A stretch of DNA of 64,000 nt from a virus (lineage: Duplodnaviria > Caudoviricetes), in IMG/VR virus record IMGVR_UViG_3300042558_004043, one strand, 5' to 3'. The notes under the pieces were generated by a model, which was given only the letters and a program-made list of their open reading frames with translations, did no database searches and was not told the origin of the DNA. The position numbers were made by a program, and so were the translations under genes. Positions 11,801 through 22,141 of the stretch are shown in pieces; within the stretch, counting starts at the first letter, position 1; each line of letters begins with the position of its first letter.

Positions 11801-14331
11801 CGGATTCAACCAGTGGTTTTGGAGGGTTCGGGTCCACTAGCCCGCCTACGGCGTGGAATTGTCAAAAAGATGCTCAAGAAATTGGTATAGTTTTTTTGGT
11901 AAGAGGTGTCGACCCATATAGTAGTAGGCAAACATGTTCTTACGACTTGAGTTTATTATTCGGATTCACAAGTTGGTTAACCGCTGGTTTAACTGTGGAA
12001 GGTCAATTTAAATTAAATATACCTATACAAAATAATCTTCGTAATGTTAGACATGGTTTAACAATAACTAACAATGGTTCTACTGATAGTTATTCTAGTC
12101 AATATCTTTTTTATCCATCTTATACTTTTTTACCCGACAGTTCCATGTATCAATCATATACTACTACTGCGACTTCATATTATCTAAAGGGGGATATTTC
12201 TGATACCGCTGGAGTTGATGGTAGTGCAATTACTGGAAATAGAGTTAGAAATAGTAATTGGTTTACCCGTTCATTTTGGTCAAGATGGGGTGGGATTTAT
12301 GCCTATGACCCAGATGTTGATGGAAGTTTTCCTTTAGGATGTAAATCCGTACTAGCTGATGATGATATTGGTGGATTTAATAATTTTGACAGCTTTAACC
12401 AACCTTCAAATACAAGAAATAGAGGTTATTTTCAAAATGAAATAGTTGAGGGTGCTGGAGTAATGTATTTAGACGCTAGCGAATACCAACCAATCCATTT
12501 TAACGCACCTATAGCTGGTAAAACAACACAATGTCAAGCCGGTAATGTTAGTGCTGGTTATTATTCATATTCATATAAGAGTTATTATTCAGAATCTCAA
12601 TATACTATAACGATGTCTAATTCACAAAGAATTGTTATGAGAGGAGATAGATTACCTACAAGTAGTGCGGAACAGTTGAATGGGACTTTATCTTATGCGT
12701 TACAATCTAACCAAAATTTTACATTATTCGAAGTTAGTGATGAGGGATATGTACAGTCTTCAGGTATCGGAAGTGGAGAAAACCCATCAGAGGTTGACGT
12801 TAGTGGAAATCCAACACTATCAGGGGCCGGTAATACTTTTACTTGTGAAGGGTTGGTTCCATTATCTTGTTATGAATATGACGTTAACGGATTTGTAACC
12901 GTGGCAGCGGCAAACGACACATGTTACACAAATGCGACTGGAGAAAATTATATACAGAATGGATGTTACCGATTAGTACAAATACCAATTGTAAGTCTCG
13001 TGAAAGACTTTCAATTATTGGCTGAGTGGTCGGCAAGAACTAAATTGGGATTTGCGGCATGTAGAAACATATATGGGTTAATTTTTACAAATTATTGGGT
13101 AAATGGAACATTATTCATGTTTCCTATTAAAAATAAAGTTAGATACACTGGACCAAATGACATTCCAGATAATGCTCCTTATTTATGTATTTGTCCTGAT
13201 GTCATGTTTGTTGATAACACAACAAATAATGCGTACTACAGGTCAGCACCTTATAAATATGGAACAGGTTTTATTGGAAGAGATGCGCCGGTTAATTGGG
13301 GAGGCCCTCGAATTGAAAAACCAAATTATCGAAATCTGATGTTCCCAACAACAGTCATGGATTTAGGACCTAGAACAAAATACACAACAGAATTAGTTTT
13401 AAGTGATGAATATTTGGGGTATGTTATGGATAGAATGTCAACAACATCATATCAAGACACTGCAGACCTTTTAAATCAGTTCATTATGTCACGTTTAATA
13501 TCTCAAACTTTAATTGGAATGATAGTAAGTCAGCTTGTTCCTGGTTTAAGTGTTATAAATGACCCTGTCAGGAGAATGTTTTCTAGAGGTTTCAATAAAG
13601 TTGATAGTGACTACGCACAAATGGTTGCCATAAATTCTCAGTTAGGAGTTTTTCCGTATGATGTCGATGAATATACTGTGCCTGACACAAGTGCGGTACC
13701 TTCGGCTCCAAATGGTTATTTATATATAAATCCGAGTAATTCTAAATTTAGTGTTTTCGGAGTTTTCTATCAGCAAAATTATGAGTTGAGAGATTGGTTA
13801 TCACCTCATAGATTACTTACAACACCAACTGGATATACATCTAATCCATGTACATATGAAGATTATCCCATATTCACGCAAAGAGTACCATTTTACCAAT
13901 GGTATATACAACCCAACAGAGATGGGGCCAGTGCTGATAGTATTTTTGGAGACCAACAAAATGATTGGTGGACACCACAACAGGCGGGAGGTCCCGACAT
14001 ATTTTTTACATCAAACTACCAAGGTATGGATAGATTGAATAGTGAGTTCATGCAACCCCAAAATAATACCGTGTATGGTTACCACGGAGGATATCTATTT
14101 AATGTAAATACTGCGGGAGAAGTGAGTGCCCAACCCCCAAATCCGGGTTCAATGCCTGAGTGGGACGTTGAATTCAATAATGGAGTATTTACTAAAGGTG
14201 ATAAGGTGTTTAATGCTAGAATTATGACACCGTCAGGACCTTACTACTTTTATTTCGGATTAAATAGAGGTAAAAGTGCATTTGATAGATTTTTAACTAA
14301 ATGGATACAAAGTGATACTTTCGAATTCTGA
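8884..14331 (+). CDS. giant virion structural protein (1815 aa), baseplate/tail associated
   Basis: Located in the baseplate operon; N-terminal beta-sandwich-like segment (VVVGRVSANNGFGLPNVKVSIF); internal long hydrophobic segment; many Cys. Confidence 0.7.
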   Translation: MSKSYRIRTQVGVDKAVNVLLEQDFEALEILSLKILQNQIYTRQCSDYGVVVGRVSANNGFGLPNVKVSIFVPLSDEDELNPIISELYPYKTLNDLNEDGYRYNLLPYEVSHGGHTPTGTFPSREDVLINQGLIEVFDKYYKYTAKTNDSGDFMFFGVPIGAQTLHMDVDLSDIGEFSLSPQDLIRLNLATENQVDGTKFRSSTNLGELPQIKQANRTVEVVPLWGQPEICYLGITRVDFDLSQEFGIKIEPAAIFMGSIFSNVDDKIIKRNCKADRKLGNMCSTITGPGQILSIRQTIALDNLSRPVLETFPLENGGNCIDDNGTWLIDLPMNLDYVYTSESGERLISTDPSIGIPTKSRYRFKVKWQQPPTLTGKILRGTYLVPNIKEWGWEETDKDPTVDPPSSIGEVVFGTCKKPEEIFITSEPYTIVKASYAFSLDWEDYGAGPDRDIMINEAIRCEDRFFEFLHSKVYTVSSLITEFRAAPDNDFRYLAIKDILNSECESTTNTFPANDGQKNNDIIYLLFTLLLNILIPVMFIVIIIAHIVALLTCIVSWILGALKIVICGIADFLNLLGNIPLLGLPFQLAAKPFEFLCEPLENAYEKMSEFCGSFGINLPVMVYPDCEFCPCEDPNAEIKPTNLDSLGIPGMDEALQAAGGTSVVHDFFSTTKWECNLVPQNWVWIGLSGQNNVATPIAGDDISNYIGALQTGGPSLGGLTFHSPIQQNIIVDDSDPNGNDNVDAWKMFTTSIPFFERINLLNTKAKYFSPTSNPGGGRNRIRVKFASDNAANTEFHEDNVLILFVKPSQLDNFESGKIYTPVEKKWSQDINLNLLTLTAQTQFGNLAVTGTTLGTPVLNSEGEITHFQRDISVFYANPNGSGNQGPINYTISASTGDLESGENFYKFPSDIEYFQVITGLTVFDYLALCNPGSTDETIRGRILSSYMDIIQDLFGDSNLVGDITNVTNLFYNPDSTSGFGGFGSTSPPTAWNCQKDAQEIGIVFLVRGVDPYSSRQTCSYDLSLLFGFTSWLTAGLTVEGQFKLNIPIQNNLRNVRHGLTITNNGSTDSYSSQYLFYPSYTFLPDSSMYQSYTTTATSYYLKGDISDTAGVDGSAITGNRVRNSNWFTRSFWSRWGGIYAYDPDVDGSFPLGCKSVLADDDIGGFNNFDSFNQPSNTRNRGYFQNEIVEGAGVMYLDASEYQPIHFNAPIAGKTTQCQAGNVSAGYYSYSYKSYYSESQYTITMSNSQRIVMRGDRLPTSSAEQLNGTLSYALQSNQNFTLFEVSDEGYVQSSGIGSGENPSEVDVSGNPTLSGAGNTFTCEGLVPLSCYEYDVNGFVTVAAANDTCYTNATGENYIQNGCYRLVQIPIVSLVKDFQLLAEWSARTKLGFAACRNIYGLIFTNYWVNGTLFMFPIKNKVRYTGPNDIPDNAPYLCICPDVMFVDNTTNNAYYRSAPYKYGTGFIGRDAPVNWGGPRIEKPNYRNLMFPTTVMDLGPRTKYTTELVLSDEYLGYVMDRMSTTSYQDTADLLNQFIMSRLISQTLIGMIVSQLVPGLSVINDPVRRMFSRGFNKVDSDYAQMVAINSQLGVFPYDVDEYTVPDTSAVPSAPNGYLYINPSNSKFSVFGVFYQQNYELRDWLSPHRLLTTPTGYTSNPCTYEDYPIFTQRVPFYQWYIQPNRDGASADSIFGDQQNDWWTPQQAGGPDIFFTSNYQGMDRLNSEFMQPQNNTVYGYHGGYLFNVNTAGEVSAQPPNPGSMPEWDVEFNNGVFTKGDKVFNARIMTPSGPYYFYFGLNRGKSAFDRFLTKWIQSDTFEF

Positions 14332-16124
14332 TGGGAAATAATAGTGAAATAAGAGTTTTATTAGGTTCACTTAGATATAAGTCGGCCTCTAATGTTGATT
14401 TCGGGTTTAAAGTACCATTTGTACAAACCACGAAACAAATTGTTGAGTACGATAAAAATATTGATTTAAATCTACAACAATTATTTGATGACGAGAGACA
14501 AAAATCCACTAAGTTTAGACCAAGTTCTAAGTTTTTATTTGTTTTTAAAAACTCATATACTGGAAGTTCGACTTATGAACCTTTCAGAAATAATCTATAC
14601 TATGTTGACGCTGAAAATGATGCTGCAGATGCTTGTGGAGGAGGTTCACCGGATTGGAATGGGTTTCCTCAGTATACCGAATTTGATTTTATAAGGACGG
14701 ATTATAATGCAACAGGTTACACACAACCAGATTCATCTACCCCTCCAAACTATCACTTAAGATTTCAGACACTTAGTGCTAGTTCATATAATTGGACTTT
14801 TTATATGAGTTATGCTTTTGAAAATGACTACAACAAACCATTAAGTGCTGTTATTTTGGATAAAGGTGTAAAATATACACTTAATTGGAATAGTGGTGAC
14901 GGTATACCATTTGTTGTAAGATTAACAGATGAAGGGGGTAAAGGATTGGTTTCATTTGTTTGTCCCGTAAAACATGGTATTACTGCCGGTGAATTTGTCA
15001 CTTTAAGTTTTAATTACACAACTACTACAGGACCAACAAATACTCTTCAAGTTTATTCAATTGGTGATAGTTTATATGGTACCGATGAATATATTTTTAA
15101 TTTGTTGAATCCAGGTTTCTTAGGGGTGACCTTTAATGAAGGAACTACGGGTACTGTTAAGAGAGTTGTAATAGATTCTAATTTGTCCGAAACAACTTCA
15201 AAATATTATATAAGACGAAATAAGATTTTAACGAATTCGGATGTTTCAGTTATGACAAAGGCCGCCTTCGAACAGAATATATTTAAAGATAATCGTAAAA
15301 TTGAAAGAGCCCCTTTAACACCAAATCAAATCAGGAGATTCTCAATTAAGGAAGGGTCTCAATCATATACCCTTAGTTTTAATGAAGACATAGATTTGGT
15401 AAATTTATTGGACAATCAAAAAAGACCTGTTTCAGAACTTTTTTACACAGTTATTTGGAGAGGATATTTTGGATGGATGAATGAGGTAAAACTAGGGTAC
15501 GATTTTAATTTACCTCTCGACCCAATAACACAAAGACCAACGACATGGTGGTCTTCACCTAATTCTAATTCTAATTTACCTACTGATTCATACGTTAATT
15601 TGGCCCCTTACGGAATTAGTCCTGCGGGTATTTCATATGTTTTTACTTACACGAATAATTTAATTTCGGGGGATACAATTGATGGTGATTTTTGTGAATG
15701 GAATGATTATGAACAAAATGAACGAGTAATATCAAACATATATCACAAACTCACATTCAATCAATTTAATTTTTCAGTTTCCATTTTTGTAGATGATGAA
15801 AATTATTTTAATCCGGGTTATTATTATCAACCATTACATCCGATTAGAATTAGGGCTTTTTCGGATTATATTGAAGAAAGTGAGACTACAAATGTTGAAG
15901 GAATACCAAATTGGGCATTTTTTTCACAAAATAGAAATTTATTTATTTGGAGAGACATATATACATATGGATACATTGATTCCGATGGGATTGGTGTGGA
16001 CCAACCGTTTTTGAATGGAAAACATCACCCATTTAAAAACATAATTTTTAGGTTAATACCTGAGGGTACAAATTATAGAGATACCACAAGTGTTGCCGAC
16101 CCATTAACTGACCCTTGTGAATAA
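14331..16124 (+). CDS. putative virion structural protein (597 aa)
   Basis: TGATG coupling to the upstream giant gene; beta-rich composition; operon context. Confidence 0.65.
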   Translation: MGNNSEIRVLLGSLRYKSASNVDFGFKVPFVQTTKQIVEYDKNIDLNLQQLFDDERQKSTKFRPSSKFLFVFKNSYTGSSTYEPFRNNLYYVDAENDAADACGGGSPDWNGFPQYTEFDFIRTDYNATGYTQPDSSTPPNYHLRFQTLSASSYNWTFYMSYAFENDYNKPLSAVILDKGVKYTLNWNSGDGIPFVVRLTDEGGKGLVSFVCPVKHGITAGEFVTLSFNYTTTTGPTNTLQVYSIGDSLYGTDEYIFNLLNPGFLGVTFNEGTTGTVKRVVIDSNLSETTSKYYIRRNKILTNSDVSVMTKAAFEQNIFKDNRKIERAPLTPNQIRRFSIKEGSQSYTLSFNEDIDLVNLLDNQKRPVSELFYTVIWRGYFGWMNEVKLGYDFNLPLDPITQRPTTWWSSPNSNSNLPTDSYVNLAPYGISPAGISYVFTYTNNLISGDTIDGDFCEWNDYEQNERVISNIYHKLTFNQFNFSVSIFVDDENYFNPGYYYQPLHPIRIRAFSDYIEESETTNVEGIPNWAFFSQNRNLFIWRDIYTYGYIDSDGIGVDQPFLNGKHHPFKNIIFRLIPEGTNYRDTTSVADPLTDPCE

Positions 16125-16932
16125 CAGTTATAGATTCATATTACCTGAAAATGACCAATCGATTGATATACCAGTCGAAATAAAATGGGATTTTCAGGGG
16201 CACACAGACAGTATTGAATTGTATGAGGACGAAGTGTTGGAAGAAATCATTGGACTACCTAAAGATTTTGAAATTTGCAGATTTGCCCATGATTTTTATG
16301 GTACCGATAGAATGAGTCAATTGGAGTATCAATTTTATTTTTTTAACGGAACTTCAGTTGATATACCAACTTCATTTAACACAGATTGGGTTATGAGTTA
16401 CCAACAAGCCGGATTTTCAATAACCGAATTATATTATAGAACAAGACCCGTAACAAAATCTTTTTTTAAAATTGATTTTTATGACACAACAGATGACCTT
16501 ACACAAAAAAATTATTTTACTATAATATTACCAACTGATTCAGTTAGAAGAGAGTCGGTTGTTTTAAATCCGACATTTGGGACAAATGCTGAAATAATAG
16601 TACCCAATTTTTTATTGGATTATGTCTTCGATAAGGAAGGTTTTTTTATTTATTGGTTGAGAGATTTTGAAATTCTAAGATTGTCAGAATTTTACATGTC
16701 TGTTAAATTTTTTGATGCAAAAAACGGAGCTTTTGTTAGAATGATGACAGAACCCCAATCACAACTTACAGGCTCGAGATATTTATTCGACCAAGAACTT
16801 TATTTCTATAGAAAAGTAAATTTGGACTACAACACTTTTACCTATAAAGTTTATGACATGATAACCGGATTAAGGGTCGGAGATGGAACACCACTTCAAT
16901 GGTATGAATATGTAAACCCCCCAGAATCATAA
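16117..16932 (+). CDS. putative virion structural protein (271 aa)
   Basis: Overlapping, coupled ORF with a GTG start inside the structural operon. Confidence 0.6.
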   Translation: MNNSYRFILPENDQSIDIPVEIKWDFQGHTDSIELYEDEVLEEIIGLPKDFEICRFAHDFYGTDRMSQLEYQFYFFNGTSVDIPTSFNTDWVMSYQQAGFSITELYYRTRPVTKSFFKIDFYDTTDDLTQKNYFTIILPTDSVRRESVVLNPTFGTNAEIIVPNFLLDYVFDKEGFFIYWLRDFEILRLSEFYMSVKFFDAKNGAFVRMMTEPQSQLTGSRYLFDQELYFYRKVNLDYNTFTYKVYDMITGLRVGDGTPLQWYEYVNPPES

Positions 16933-18107
16933 TGGAAGATAGAACCTACCATATTAGAATTTCACCTGAGGTCATTAAAAATGATATTTTTGGTATTCCG
17001 TATATTGAAGATGAATATTCTCAAATAATACCATTTGACCCTTGTTGCTCTACCGGAACGACTGTTTTTGGTACTTTAACAGGTATTACCTACGTATATT
17101 CATCTATGACAGAAATTTTGTCAGGAGGAACTAATGGTGATTCTTTATTAACTGACTTATCGGTACCAATTTTTTTGAGTGAAAATTATATTGATATTGG
17201 ATACTATTCTGTTTTTGACGGAGCCGTTACACAAAAAGATACAATGTTAAATTTTTTATTTACAGGTGATACATCTACCCCTAACACTGTATATTTTTTT
17301 AATACCTCAGATAAAGAATTTAAAAAATATTTAGAATTTTCTAATTATTACATAGATTGGGGTGACGGAAGTCCGGTATTAACTGTTACCACAGTTTCAC
17401 CTAATTTTTATACTCATACTTATTCTTCGAATGATACTTATACCATATCGATGTCAGGATTAAGTCCATGGGGGTATAATGTTATAAAAAAAGATATTAC
17501 AATACCTATTACTGATATTATTATTAGTGACCCATATGGTACTGCTTATTTTACTCCCGCTGGAGGTAGTTGGTCGGCGACACCAATTCAGTATAATTAT
17601 ATATTTTCAGGAGATTCGATTTGTGAAACAACTGTGCCTTGCTGTGAGTTCACATCAATTCCTTTTGTTGTTACAGGATATACTCAATCGACTTTGAATG
17701 ATTTAACACAATACGGACCAAAAGGGGACCCTAGTAGACTTGGGGGTAAGTTTAAACCTAATGTTTTTGTCACAGGTTCGTCTGGTGCTCAAGGGATAGT
17801 TTATTCTCCGTCCCCTAATTCTTTATTCACGGCATACACGGTAAATGATATTGATTATTATGATTATGCCGACGGCACTACAATATTCGTAGTTCAATCA
17901 TCGGGGTGTTCTGATTTGTTTTGTTCTGCTATAACTAAGAATGAAGTTTTACTAAATGTTGTATTTGAACCTGAGGTACAGAGTAACATTTTTATTGAAA
18001 GAGGTAAAAATTCTGCGTTAGAAAGAATCCAAAGATTGGGGGAGATTGACAATATGGGTGACTTAGTTAATTATGGGTATGGATTCTTTAATATCGTAGA
18101 AATATAA
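16932..18107 (+). CDS. PKD-like domain structural protein
   Basis: YYIDWGDGSP...HTYSSNDTYTISMSG is PKD-like; TAATG coupling to the upstream gene. Confidence 0.7.
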   Translation: MEDRTYHIRISPEVIKNDIFGIPYIEDEYSQIIPFDPCCSTGTTVFGTLTGITYVYSSMTEILSGGTNGDSLLTDLSVPIFLSENYIDIGYYSVFDGAVTQKDTMLNFLFTGDTSTPNTVYFFNTSDKEFKKYLEFSNYYIDWGDGSPVLTVTTVSPNFYTHTYSSNDTYTISMSGLSPWGYNVIKKDITIPITDIIISDPYGTAYFTPAGGSWSATPIQYNYIFSGDSICETTVPCCEFTSIPFVVTGYTQSTLNDLTQYGPKGDPSRLGGKFKPNVFVTGSSGAQGIVYSPSPNSLFTAYTVNDIDYYDYADGTTIFVVQSSGCSDLFCSAITKNEVLLNVVFEPEVQSNIFIERGKNSALERIQRLGEIDNMGDLVNYGYGFFNIVEI

Positions 18108-18155
18108 AACACAAAAAAAGGTATTTATAATAAAGTTTAATAATTTTCTAATAAA

Positions 18156-19064
18156 ATGGCTACAGGTACTTATGGAACTATACGACCCGCGGATGTCTCA
18201 CCAGAAGACGTTGAAATAATTTTGAATTATACACCGTCAAGAGATGAAACGAGTAACTTTCTTTTAACTAAATTAGATGCGCCTTCCATACTCAGACCAT
18301 ACTTTAATAACGCTGACACTGGAGGAAATCCTGATGTTGAAATTTTGGGTGGATTGTATAATCTAAAACTACCTGCAGATGTGTTTAATCGTATTGGAAT
18401 ATATACACTAATGATTAGACCTGCTCAAATAAGAACGACAATTTTAGATTGTGGTGTTTTATCGGCTTTACCAAACGTAAGAGGAATTGTTATTGATTTG
18501 AATTCAGTTCCATCACAGTATAGAAACAAATTTATAAATCAGGGTCTTGTTGGTTTTAGAGTTGAGTATTTAAACTCAGATGGAACTAAAATACCCAATT
18601 TTTTTAGAATTATAACCTCTTCATTTTTTTGTGACCCAGTTGTTCAAAACCTAACTAATACCTCAGCAAAGGCGATAAGATATAGATATACCGATAATAA
18701 TACCAATATAATTTTTTGTACATTATCACCTTCGTCAGCGCCATCAAACAAACCAAACGCAATACCCTATATCGGACAACCAAATCAAGATATAATCATA
18801 ACAAATACATTTTTCAACCCAATAACCCTCGATATTGAGATTGCGGAACATGACTTTTCAACTATTGCAATTGCTCTATTTGGTAATCAGAGTAAGTCAA
18901 TTGATGATGGAATTTATACAATGTACGATACACAAAATAACATTTATAGACAATACAATTTATACGAAATTAGAGACCAATTTAATAATTTATTATTTGA
19001 AGTTAGACAAGATAGAGGTAACAATATCGACTTCAGTAAGAACTTTACAAATATAATTTCTTAA
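18156..19064 (+). CDS. putative virion structural protein (302 aa)
   Basis: Preceded by TATTTATA; coupled to the gp7-like gene. Confidence 0.65.
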   Translation: MATGTYGTIRPADVSPEDVEIILNYTPSRDETSNFLLTKLDAPSILRPYFNNADTGGNPDVEILGGLYNLKLPADVFNRIGIYTLMIRPAQIRTTILDCGVLSALPNVRGIVIDLNSVPSQYRNKFINQGLVGFRVEYLNSDGTKIPNFFRIITSSFFCDPVVQNLTNTSAKAIRYRYTDNNTNIIFCTLSPSSAPSNKPNAIPYIGQPNQDIIITNTFFNPITLDIEIAEHDFSTIAIALFGNQSKSIDDGIYTMYDTQNNIYRQYNLYEIRDQFNNLLFEVRQDRGNNIDFSKNFTNIIS

Positions 19065-22000
19065 TGGCGATAAAAAAATTTATCTGTCCGCCGACACCGG
19101 CATCTGGCAGTGGGACATTCTCGGATAATTTGGTTGGATTTCAATTAGTCCAAGGAGGAGGTCTTACGCAAGGTAACTTTCAATTCACAAACGCAGTTAC
19201 AGAAAAGGTAGATAGAACATTTTATACGGGTGTTTTTTCAGACCCAATCAATTTGGAAAATTTGGGTATTGTAACTGTAGAACAGTCCAAATTAATTTTT
19301 GAGAATAATTTTAAAGTATATCCGAATTTTGATTTAACTCAGATAAATAATTTCGTCCAATATGGGTCAATGCCCAAAAGGATTTCAACATCTGTCACAA
19401 AAATAATTAGTTATTTTCCTGCGGCCATTGAATCCCACAAAATGGGTTTAAACTATAAAACAGGTGCGACCGCAACAAATATTGTATATGATATAGTTCA
19501 GGGAATAACATCATTTGATTTAGACATTGCAAAATTAAGAAATCCATTTGATGTTGATTTTACAGTAAATTCTACAAGAAACCTTTCATTAAAAGACATT
19601 GAGGTTTCTGTTCTTAGAAATTTGACAGTAGAATTTTCTAAGTATTCATTATATTACGATAATGAAGGGTATGAGTTATCAAGTATTATACCCACCAACT
19701 CTTTAACTAGTGGTGTTTTAACAATAACGGTTAAAGGAAATCCATTCTCAGGGGAAAGTGTTGTTTATAATACATTAGTTATTAGACCAAATGATTATGA
19801 AGTAAATAAAGTTTACAATGAGGATTTTGATGAGGTTGAGAATTTTTTGTTAAATAGGAATCAAACTCCAAAGTATACTTGTTCGTTTAGAAGTCCAAAA
19901 GAGGCGGACGACGGAACTTTCTTTATTACAAATGTCACTGCAACTTGGCCCACAAATGGAGTATGGAATTTGGACATATATACTGCAAATTTTGATAACT
20001 ATTTGGTCCAATTGGATGAGATAAGTCAAAATTTTGACTCCTTTAAATCAAACCTAATATCCCGTTTTTTAACAACTGGTGCCTTCAAAGATTTTGATAC
20101 GATAGGACAAAAGATGGAAAAGGTTTTACAAATTTATGGACGTAGTTTTGATGAAACGAATATGTTCATAAATGCGTTGGCCTTTATGAATTCTGTAAAT
20201 TATACTGTTAAGAATGATATACCATCACAACTTTTAAAAAATTTAGCTCAAACCTTAGGATGGGCAACAAATATATCACCGATAACAAATGATGATTTTT
20301 TATCTTCTGTTTTTGGACAAAAAAATAGCGGGCCATCTGATTTTACAGGAGTCGCAGTAAAATCAACTCCTGATGAATTAAATTATCAATATTATAGAAA
20401 TCTTGTATTAAATTCGGCATACCTATTCAAATCTAAGGGGACTAGAAAGTCTATTGAAAACTTATTAAAATTAATTGGAGCGCCTGACGCTTTGGTTGAA
20501 TTTAATGAATATGTGTATGTTGCGGACCAAAAAATCAACATGTCCCAATTTAACACTCAATTTTTACAAATATCGGGAGGTACCTACATAAACGAAACAG
20601 CGGTTTTAGACCCAACAAATGTTTTTTCTATTTTTGGAACAACTTATACAGGTTACACGACATCACTGGTTATTAAGGATGTAAATGTATTGAGAGATGA
20701 TTTTCCGATGGATGATGAGGGATATCCCACTACCCCAGAAGACAATGAAAGTTTTTATTTTCAAATAGGTTCGGGTTGGTTTGAATCAACACCACAACAC
20801 AGGTCCCCTGAGCAAGTTGATTTAACGAATAGTGTGTTTACAGGTTCTAATCCGAACTATCAAACACAATTAACCCCTTTTACATATGGTCAAATTTATT
20901 TGAATCGTTTCAGAAATTTCCCATTTATGAACTTGGGATATGAATTGACTTCAGTTGTTGATAATAATAAAAGTTGGACTAACGATGAGGTTGGACAAAG
21001 AGTAAATATTGACGGAGCGTTTAATGCTCGATACGTTGTTGATGACGAAAGGCTTGTTTTAAATGTAAAAAATATTGAAGTATTTTTAAATCCAGGTCAG
21101 GCCTTACTATACGACGTTTGGTATATGTCAAGACAATATAATTACCCTATACCAAACCAAGGATTATTCTATCAAAGACCAACGAGGTGTAATCCAAATC
21201 CAAACATCGAATATCCTTATAGAGGAGGTGTCGATTGGACAGAGATAAATCCTCAACCCAAAAGAAAATCGTTTTTTGAATTTGCTCAAACATTTTGGCA
21301 TAATACAATTAATGTTAGAAATAGACAGTTCCAAAGTGACGGTAAAACAGGAGGTTACCCTACATTACAATCAATTTTTTGGAAATATCTTAATTCTAAT
21401 AAAAAAACTAACGATAGTAGGTCAAACGGGTTACCATGTTCTCAAGTTTTTGCAGATATAGATGACGGACCTGGCATAGAAAACAATAATTTCAATTATC
21501 AAAATATGATTGAATATGTTAATGGACTTGGTGACTATTGGGTAAGATTGGTTGAACAAATGGTTCCGGCTACTACTATATGGAACACAGGTGTAAAATA
21601 TGAAAATTCAATTTTCCATAGACAAAAATTCGTATGGAGGAGACAATCAGGATGTAACTTTGTTCCTGAAAGATGTAATTCTTGTGCTACAACTGCCAGC
21701 ATATTTCCGTTCGATTGTCCGCAAGTTTCGTCCACTTGTCCTCTTTACCCATGGACGACACAGATAAAAAATTTCAATGATATTTTAAGTTATACTTTAT
21801 CTATGTATCTTAATCCACAAGGAATTTATTTAAATGATTGTGAATTGAATACTATGCAAACCATTTGGTTTGTGGATATTTTAATAAATGATACTTCAGT
21901 ATCTAATTATTCTTTTTTTGAAGGACAAGGTTTTGGAGTTAATGGGGTTAGTTCTCCGACTGAGGAAGAGTGGGTATCGGCTTTAACTGGTACCTTGGAT

Positions 22001-22141
22001 AGTTTAGAAAATTCAGGTTATAGTTATTATTTAACAAATGACGAAGAAATAGTGATTTATTTGACTAATTGTGAATACCAACCAGGTAACTTGAATTTGA
22101 AAATAAATGTAGGAATAAATTTCGAAATATATTGTAATTAA
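19064..22141 (+). CDS. baseplate wedge protein, P2 gpI / T4 gp7-like domain within a 1025-aa protein
   Basis: LLKNLAQTLGW...YYRNLVLNSAYLFKSKGTRKSIENLLKLIG fits the gpI/gp7 wedge signature (L..LA...GW ... R......y..KGT...i..ll...G). Confidence 0.75.
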   Translation: MAIKKFICPPTPASGSGTFSDNLVGFQLVQGGGLTQGNFQFTNAVTEKVDRTFYTGVFSDPINLENLGIVTVEQSKLIFENNFKVYPNFDLTQINNFVQYGSMPKRISTSVTKIISYFPAAIESHKMGLNYKTGATATNIVYDIVQGITSFDLDIAKLRNPFDVDFTVNSTRNLSLKDIEVSVLRNLTVEFSKYSLYYDNEGYELSSIIPTNSLTSGVLTITVKGNPFSGESVVYNTLVIRPNDYEVNKVYNEDFDEVENFLLNRNQTPKYTCSFRSPKEADDGTFFITNVTATWPTNGVWNLDIYTANFDNYLVQLDEISQNFDSFKSNLISRFLTTGAFKDFDTIGQKMEKVLQIYGRSFDETNMFINALAFMNSVNYTVKNDIPSQLLKNLAQTLGWATNISPITNDDFLSSVFGQKNSGPSDFTGVAVKSTPDELNYQYYRNLVLNSAYLFKSKGTRKSIENLLKLIGAPDALVEFNEYVYVADQKINMSQFNTQFLQISGGTYINETAVLDPTNVFSIFGTTYTGYTTSLVIKDVNVLRDDFPMDDEGYPTTPEDNESFYFQIGSGWFESTPQHRSPEQVDLTNSVFTGSNPNYQTQLTPFTYGQIYLNRFRNFPFMNLGYELTSVVDNNKSWTNDEVGQRVNIDGAFNARYVVDDERLVLNVKNIEVFLNPGQALLYDVWYMSRQYNYPIPNQGLFYQRPTRCNPNPNIEYPYRGGVDWTEINPQPKRKSFFEFAQTFWHNTINVRNRQFQSDGKTGGYPTLQSIFWKYLNSNKKTNDSRSNGLPCSQVFADIDDGPGIENNNFNYQNMIEYVNGLGDYWVRLVEQMVPATTIWNTGVKYENSIFHRQKFVWRRQSGCNFVPERCNSCATTASIFPFDCPQVSSTCPLYPWTTQIKNFNDILSYTLSMYLNPQGIYLNDCELNTMQTIWFVDILINDTSVSNYSFFEGQGFGVNGVSSPTEEEWVSALTGTLDSLENSGYSYYLTNDEEIVIYLTNCEYQPGNLNLKINVGINFEIYCN